From Antedon mediterranea (Eukaryota > Animalia > Echinodermata): 64,000 nt of DNA. The notes beneath the pieces were generated by a model. The model was not told the DNA's origin. It saw only the letters and a program-made list of their open reading frames with translations, and ran no database searches. Location: the NCBI RefSeq assembly GCF_964355755.1, contig NC_092675.1, positions 29,980,912 to 30,044,911 on the forward strand, read 5' to 3'. The translations under genes were made by a program, and so were the position numbers. Shown here in pieces: positions 63,820 to 64,000 of the stretch (the first letter of the stretch is position 1; each line of letters opens with the position of its first letter).

Positions 63820-64000
63820 GTAAGTGCTTTTAACTAATTAATAATAAATTCTGCAACTGCTATTTCATCACTTTCTGAAAGATTATGTAAACAAAATGTT
63901 ATATTATAGTGACAAAGTTGCGGTATTGTCTTGAAATTCATTTATAAAGGTGTCAACATTTTCTAAATTGTTTCTTCTTGGAATCGGAGATTTTCAAGTT

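Overview
AT-rich animal (invertebrate-type) nuclear DNA with spliceosomal introns; no prokaryotic features. Four protein-coding genes can be supported. (1) The first coding exon of a cGMP-dependent protein kinase (PRKG/foraging type, minus strand, 32372-32637); its next intron appears to cover all of 1-32371. (2) A complete 12-coding-exon, ~882 aa kinase-less DAPK1-like ROCO gene (ankyrin-ROC-COR-death domain, +, 38116-47762). (3) A complete 18-coding-exon SEC24C/D gene (+, 50586-59567, ~1166 aa). (4) The 5' part of a multi-EF-hand, probably ciliary, gene (+, from 63113). Non-coding DNA holds many Harbinger-like MITEs, a hAT element with an 8-bp TSD, a piggyBac-like MITE, Deu/Nin-domain SINEs, a Helentron-like remnant, LINE tails and tandem repeats. 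The least explained features are: a duplicated head-to-head Pol III-like cassette whose tRNA-like head carries a structured trailer (48672-49445); a perfect 129-bp-arm foldback enclosing a tRNA-like sequence next to a decayed hammerhead ribozyme (39030-39592); and a second decayed hammerhead in a SEC24 intron. Everything was read by eye; family assignments come from recalled consensus features, not database searches.
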